Translations under genes and position numbers: made by a program
The notes under the pieces: model-generated
What the model saw: the letters and a program-made list of their open reading frames with translations, nothing else
What the model was told of the DNA's origin: nothing
Databases searched by the model: none
Source: Azolla caroliniana
Taxonomy: Eukaryota > Plantae > Polypodiophyta
DNA length: 64,000 nucleotides
Direction: 5' to 3'
Assembly (NCBI GenBank): GCA_043228905.1
Contig: JBHGNT010000014.1
Coordinates: 4,216,001-4,280,000 of the forward strand
Part shown: positions 58,200-64,000 of the stretch, piece after piece
Layout of the letters: each line of letters begins with the position of its first letter
Numbering within the stretch: position 1 is the first letter of the stretch

Positions 58200-61143
58200 C
58201 GCCCATGGGAAAGTACCTTGTACGTTGAATCCCATTATCCAGCCTTCAATCCTCGTCCAAAATGTCCAGAATGCTCTGATTGAGGGGCTCTAAGGGTTCT
58301 TCGGAAAGCTGATCGGACTGCTGCTGCTGTTGCTGCTCCTCGTGCTGCTGCTCCGTTGGTTGTGGCCGTTGCTCCGTTGGCTGTTGTTGTTGCTCCGTTG
58401 GCTGTTGCTGTTGCTGTTGCTCCTATTGCTACGCGGTCCCCACCTCTTCTGGGCGTTGCTCCTCTGATAGCTGTTGTCCGACTCTCGGTGCCGGCAGTTG
58501 TTGTGGATATTCCTCCCTTGGCTGCTCCTCCTGAGTTAAATCTAGTTGGCTTGTCCTAGCCTTGCCTCTGTCCGTCCTTTGCTCCGACGATGGCTCTTCA
58601 TCACTGAGATTGATTGTTGCCGCGCTCTTCGTTGCTTCTTGCTGTAGCCTCTCCTTTTTATAACTTTCAAACCGGATTTGGTTATCCAGTCGATCATTGT
58701 CCAGTTGTGCCACTAGTTGCCGGACCACTGCTATCTGTTCATCAGCCAACGCTACAAAGTCATCTGCCAATTCATCTTTCACGACAACAAAGTCTTCCTT
58801 TTCCAGCTTATAGAACTCATCTCCTTCCATTTGCCAGTTTTTTGCGTCCGCCCTCGGCAACTGTAGCTTGGCAGCATGCTTCGCCCATTTCGACCACCAT
58901 AACACTGAGCTGTCTTCAATCAAGCGCTTCGTTCGATTCTTCCATGCTTGTACAATGCACCGGATCTGCTCTAGCACCATCTTTGATTTGTCTTCTGCAG
59001 CCTGCCGTTCATCTTTCAACTGTTTGATCAGGTTTGAAGTTACCACCTCCTGGTCCTTGTAGCACACTAGTTGATTCTGATAGGTTGTCTGCACTCTTTG
59101 TAAGACCATGGTGGCGCGTTCCATTTCCACATGATGTTGCATCTGGAGTTCCAAGCGTTCCTACGCTGCTTCAGTTCGTATGTTTGCCTTCTCAGCCCGT
59201 TCTTCTGCTAGTGCCGTCTCCGCCCATTGCACTTCATTCTGGAGCTCGAACATCTTCTCCTGCTGCTGGTCGCTGTCGGTGATGAGTTTCTTGTATTCCG
59301 TCTCGACATGTTTATAATCCCGGTGCAGGCGGTCAAAATCGTCTGTTTTCTGCTTGAGCTTCTAATTGATTTGGCGGCGAGCTCGGTCTTCCCTATCCTT
59401 TTGCTATTGAAGCTCTTCTTTGAGCTTCTTTATCTCTGTTTCCGCCATCCTTCGGAGTTTATCCTTTTCTTGCAACAATTTTTCTTTCTCTTCCTTAAGC
59501 TGGTCATAGGCTTGGTGTCCCTTACGTAGGCTTTCTTTTGCTCGGCGGAGGTTGTCAGCAGTCTTCCATTGTTCCTCCTCCGCCGCCATTTTTAATTCTC
59601 TTTCCCTGGCCCGTAATGCTTCCTATGTGGCCAGGTCTTCTTTGAGAACGACAAGCTCTTGTTTCCGTCACCGGGGTCGTATTCATATGTACAGTTGTCG
59701 GTGTTTCATTATTCTTTACATGTACCGGAACCACCGGTTCTTGTTCTTGGGGTCCTGTTATGACCATCTTAGCCAATTCTTCCGTGGCTATTTCCAATTC
59801 TTGTTCCAAGCTCCGGATCCTTGACCGGGCCTTCTCTAGCTCTCCTGTTGTGGCCGTTCCGGCTTTGGTTGGTCCTGGTGTGCCGGTAGTGTAGACAACT
59901 GAATCACCGGTTCCTGAATAAAGAGTCTTGTTATGTCCTGACCCGCCAGCGTAGCCTGCTGCGCAGGGAATTCTGTGATCGGTTCTGTTCGAACTGGTTC
60001 CGATTCCACCCTTGGCTCTAGGCCCTCAGTGCGGGGTATCAGCGTCCTATCCTTCTCTGCACCCGATTGCTCCCTGGCATGGTCTGTAGTGCTCTTCTTC
60101 TCGCGCTGCTGGAGGTGCTCGTTGGGCTCCTCTCCTGTTTCCTCCTCTTGAGTCCCAAGATTGATTTTCATTGCCAAGGGATCTGGCTCCTGTTGACCTG
60201 GTCGGCGCCATGTAATCTTTATTGGCCGTGCCGGTGTTTCCTCCTACGTCTCCACCTGGTTAGGCCGCTCTTTCGCCGTTTTTCCAGTGTCGGCCTCCTT
60301 CCCTTTGGTTGTCTTAGTAGCAAATAACTGCTACCGTTTTGAAGCTGTTTTGGAGGTTCCTTTGGTTGATCTCCCTCGCTTCTTCGCCGTGATGGGCTCC
60401 ACTAGTGGTGCTAACAGTGTGAGCCATTGCGTCACCGCCGTCCATATTTTCCTGTCATCCTTCCCTCTTATTGAGTCGATGGCCACGCGCAGTCCGTCGG
60501 TGATCAACACCGACTAGTCCACCTTTATACCCTCATATGTGGCTATAATTAAACTGGCTCTGCTCCTAGGCATTGCTAGGGGTCGAGGGTACACATGGCC
60601 AAACTCGTGGAGTACACGAGCAATCTCTCAAAATAAGTCATCCTCGCTGCCCTGTGTGCGATATGCCTTGTTGGCGAGAGAGTACTCACCGAAGTATTTC
60701 GTGAGCTGCTTTGGGGTAGGGTTGTCGATGGTGAAGATGCCGCCTTCGGGTAGGCCCGTCAGGGCACGGATTGCCTCCTTTCTGATTACTTTTGTGTCGA
60801 TGTCTTTGACAACCTTTTCCGCCTCTCTGTGTGGTGGTGCCTCCATGATCCTCAAGAATCCTTCCAATCCGTGTTGCTTCAACCACTTCTTGGTTGCCTT
60901 AGAGAGCGCCATGCAGTCCATTTCTCCTTCGGAGTCAGTGGATGCTGGTGAGGTAGGTGCGTTAGTGGGCTCTAGGTGCTCGCGTCTGATTATCTTTAAT
61001 CGCCTGTGTACGTTTGCAATTCTCTGTTCGCGAAATGAGAAGGCCTCCATGTGGTGGAGGTTTTCTTTCTGCATGTTGGCGCCTTTCTCGATTCTTGCGC
61101 ATGGCACGTCGTGTACTATAATAACAATGAAGTGCCACAACAT
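58200..61143 (-). pseudogene. Extra ORF downstream of pol (~3 kb): globular N-terminus, low-complexity linker, long coiled coil, Trp-containing domain, Q/E-rich tail
   Basis: Same-strand coding fragments 60628-61143, 59836-60177, 59404-59809 and 58429-59154, separated by single stops or frameshifts. Confidence 0.7.
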
Positions 61144-61329
61144 TTTAATGCGCTATAAATAGCCCACTACGTGGCTTTTCAAAGTGCCCATTCACTCCTT
61201 GTCATTGCATGTGGCCGTTCACTCTTTGCCATCACATGATTTGGGTTTGATTTGATCTGATTCGATTTTATTTTATTTTTTAAGACAATCTTGTTAATCT
61301 GTATCCGGCCCAAACGGACCCTTCTCTAG

Positions 61330-64000
61330 ATTGTGTTCCCTTTCACCGGTTTCGTGCTTGCCGATTGCTTGACCGGTTGTCGTCTCGTCGTGCTTACCAG
61401 TGTCTGGTTCGGTGTCAGCCTTTGTCTGTTCAAACGGGTTTCTTGGCATGGGTCCATATTATGGTTTGAGTCAAAACCCATTGACCCATTTACCCATAAC
61501 TTCTCCGACGAGTATCCCTAGCTGGTAGGAACCGTTGAAATCTTGTGTAATCCAATATGGTCCGGTCCACCGAAACCGTAGCTTCCCCGACATCTTACCC
61601 ATCCGGGTCTGGAATACAAGTACCGGCTTGCCGATCTCGAACATTTTTTCGTTACCTTTCCGGTGTCGATCGATGAACGCTTTCCTTCTCCGTTGCTCCA
61701 GTTCCATGTGCATCAGGCTGGTTATCCAGTGTTCCTCTAGTTCGCATAGTGCTGCTAGCCAGATTGTTTCCGACTCCTTCTCGTTTAGACGTTCCCGAAC
61801 CTATAACCGCAAATTGGGAACCTGGAATTTGATCAGCATTACCGCTTCCAATCCGAATGCTAATCGGAAAGGCGTTGTCCGGATACTTGTCTTATATGCT
61901 GTCTGGTAGGTCCAGAGTGCACTGTGCAGCTTTGTATCCCAATCCGTCCGGTTCTCATTGACGATTTTCCGTAGGATGTTTTGTAGCGTCTTATTTGTGG
62001 ATTCGGCTAATCCATTGGCTTGCGGATAATACAGAGTGCTTCGCTTGTGCACCACCGCATAGAATTTCTTCAAGCTCTCCACCACTTGTCCTAGGAAATG
62101 CCCACCTTGGTCGCTAATTAGCTCAATTGGACATCCATACTGGCACCAGATATATTCATATAAAAACTTTGCCGTGGATGCCACGGTGTTGTCATGTAGT
62201 GCTTTGGCTTCCACCCACTTGGTGCAGTAGTCCGTAGTGACAATCACATATCGGTTGCTGGTTCTCATTGCTGGTGGTTTAAATGGGCCGACGAAGTCCA
62301 GCCCCTATTTCTAAAATGGTTCCAATGGTAGCACTGGCTGGTGAGGCATTCTTGCCTGTTCCGTTGGTTGGCCCATCCGCTGACATAAATTGCATTCCTT
62401 AGCATACTGGACGACGTCTTTTAATGTTGTCGGCCACCATACGACTCTACCATATTTTCCTTGTCGTAGTGTGCCCAACATAATGCCCTCAGGCAACCCT
62501 GCAGTGTGCTTTGCGCATTATTTGGTCTTTTTCATCATTGCGCACCGCGCGCTGCCATATGCCATCCGCGCCTTTATGGTACAATGTGTCCTGCAGTAGG
62601 CAGAAGTGCCGGCTTTGTACTGCTAATCGTTTCCGCTTGTCTCTGTTCATATCCTCTGGAGGTAATCCGGTGCTCAGGAATTGGTGCATGTTAGTGAGCC
62701 ACTTGTCCTCCTCGACGACCGTACCATCTGTTGCCATTTCAGCTGTGATCCTAAACAACACTGCATCTGGAAACTCGTTTGGGACTCCGTCACTAGTTTC
62801 ACCGGAGTCTAACCGGCTCAAATAATCTGCAACCGCATGTCGTATGCCTGGATGGTGAAATATCTCGAACTCAAATTCCTGTAATAATAACGTCCACCGG
62901 GCCAACTTACCTGTGAGCGATGCTTTTGAGACCAAGTAAAGTAACGCCGAATGGTCTACATGAAAGGAAAATTTCCTCCCCAATAAATAGTGTCGGAACT
63001 TGGTGACGATGTAGATCGTGCCCAAGGCTTCTCTTTCCGTTGTTGAGTAATTACGTTCCGCCTAGGACAACTTCCGGTTGGCATAATACACGGGCCGATA
63101 CCACTTCGGTTCGGCAAGCTGCATTAATGCGCTCCCAATTGCTATGTCCGATACATCTACGAATACGTGGAATTCTTTAGACCAATCCGGAGGTTGCACC
63201 ACCGGTGTTTGTGATAGTAACTTACTTTTAATGCCTGGTAAGCCTTCTCTTCTGTGTCCGTCCATTAAAACGGTGTCCGGTGCACCGCAACATGCAATGG
63301 TGTGGCCAGGTCTGCCAGATACCGGAGCATCCAGCTATGCCACCGGATTTGTCCTAGGAACCGACTCGATGCTTTCGCCGTGGTGGGTGCCGGTGCCTCC
63401 AAAATTGCTTTGACCTTGTCCGAGTCTATTGCAATACCATCCTTGCTAACGATGTGGCCTAGTAATGCACCGCTTGACACTCCGAACACGCATTTCGCCA
63501 GGTTAAGGCTTAACCGGTAAACCCTACATTTCTCAACACATAGTCGGAGGTGTTGGAGGTGTTCCTCTTCCTGATTGTACACGGCGAAATCATCTAGGAA
63601 CACCTACATGAATGCTAGAATAAATTCTCCGAAAATCTCCATGATTATCCGCTGAAAGGTCGCTGACGTCGTTTTAAGTCCGAACATCATGACTACGGCG
63701 ACAAATACTCCCCATTCGGTAACAAAAGCGGTTTTCTCCTAGTTGTTGGGGTGCATCCGGATCTGATTGTAGCCGCTGAATCCGTCCAGGAAACTATAAA
63801 CTTCGTGACCAACTATTGCATCCAGGATTCCATCCGTAAAAGGGAGTGGGAAGGCGTCAGTTATCGTTGCTGCATTCAACTTCTGGTAGTCGACACATAC
63901 CCTGATTTTTCCGTTCTTTTTTCGGTACAATGACTATCGGACTCAGCCATGTCACCTTCTTGACTGGTCGGATGAACCCTACCCGTAACAATTTGTTGAT
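61330..64000 (-). pseudogene. Gypsy pol (RT-RNase H-integrase), degenerate
   Basis: Fragments 63739-63930, 63265-63603, 62489-63025, 61801-62268, 61471-61713. Confidence 0.9.

Larger units (their letters stand above)
57799..64000 (-). mobile_element. Non-chromovirus Ty3/gypsy element running off the window: pol, large extra ORF, probable 3' LTR (~57799-58154)
   Basis: RT (RVCVDY..LDGFSGYNQI; FLDDF), RNase H (FHVFVDVSD), integrase (DYCTKWVEA, ISDQG, YYPQANGLAE), GPY motif, no chromodomain. LTR boundaries (TGTGAAAG...GTGACA) tentative. Confidence 0.88.

Noticed and set aside
58200-61143. Calling the extra ORF an envelope gene
   Set aside because: No signal peptide or transmembrane stretch is visible in the sense frames; the hydrophobic ORFs (59227-59529, 58356-58559) are antisense shadows of K/E/Q-rich sequence.
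1-64000. Remaining short ORFs in the six-frame track
   Set aside because: Antisense or off-frame shadows of retroelement coding sequence or microsatellites, with no independent motif support.

Overview
Eukaryotic, repeat-dense plant nuclear DNA. The Tcn1-type chromoviruses suggest a non-seed land plant, but that is an inference. About 85% of the window is a nested stack of retroelements around one intact host gene: a 10-exon S1-domain RNA-binding protein (43094-50436, +), recognisable as an SRRP1/At3g23700-like plastid protein. The stack includes four Tcn1-like chromovirus copies (one full length with TSD CCAAG), several Ty1/copia families (one very young copy at 5770-11232 with near-identical LTRs and TSD GGTCT), four TSD-flanked solo LTRs, a tRNA-Trp-primed gypsy lineage, an L1 LINE, and a probable CACTA end with a RING-finger pseudogene whose introns are arrays of a 14-bp palindrome. 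At the right end is a non-chromovirus gypsy carrying a large extra ORF after pol. Most notable: (1) the Tcn1-like LTRs appear to self-prime yet carry an antisense tRNA-shaped A/B-box module and perfect heat-shock elements, and use a G-UUA-AAC + hairpin -1 frameshift; (2) the extra gypsy ORF has a Trp-containing domain that aligns without gaps to a divergent fragment elsewhere in the window; (3) two unrelated copia families both enclose their PPT/LTR junction in a hairpin. All calls are by eye; no database searches were run.
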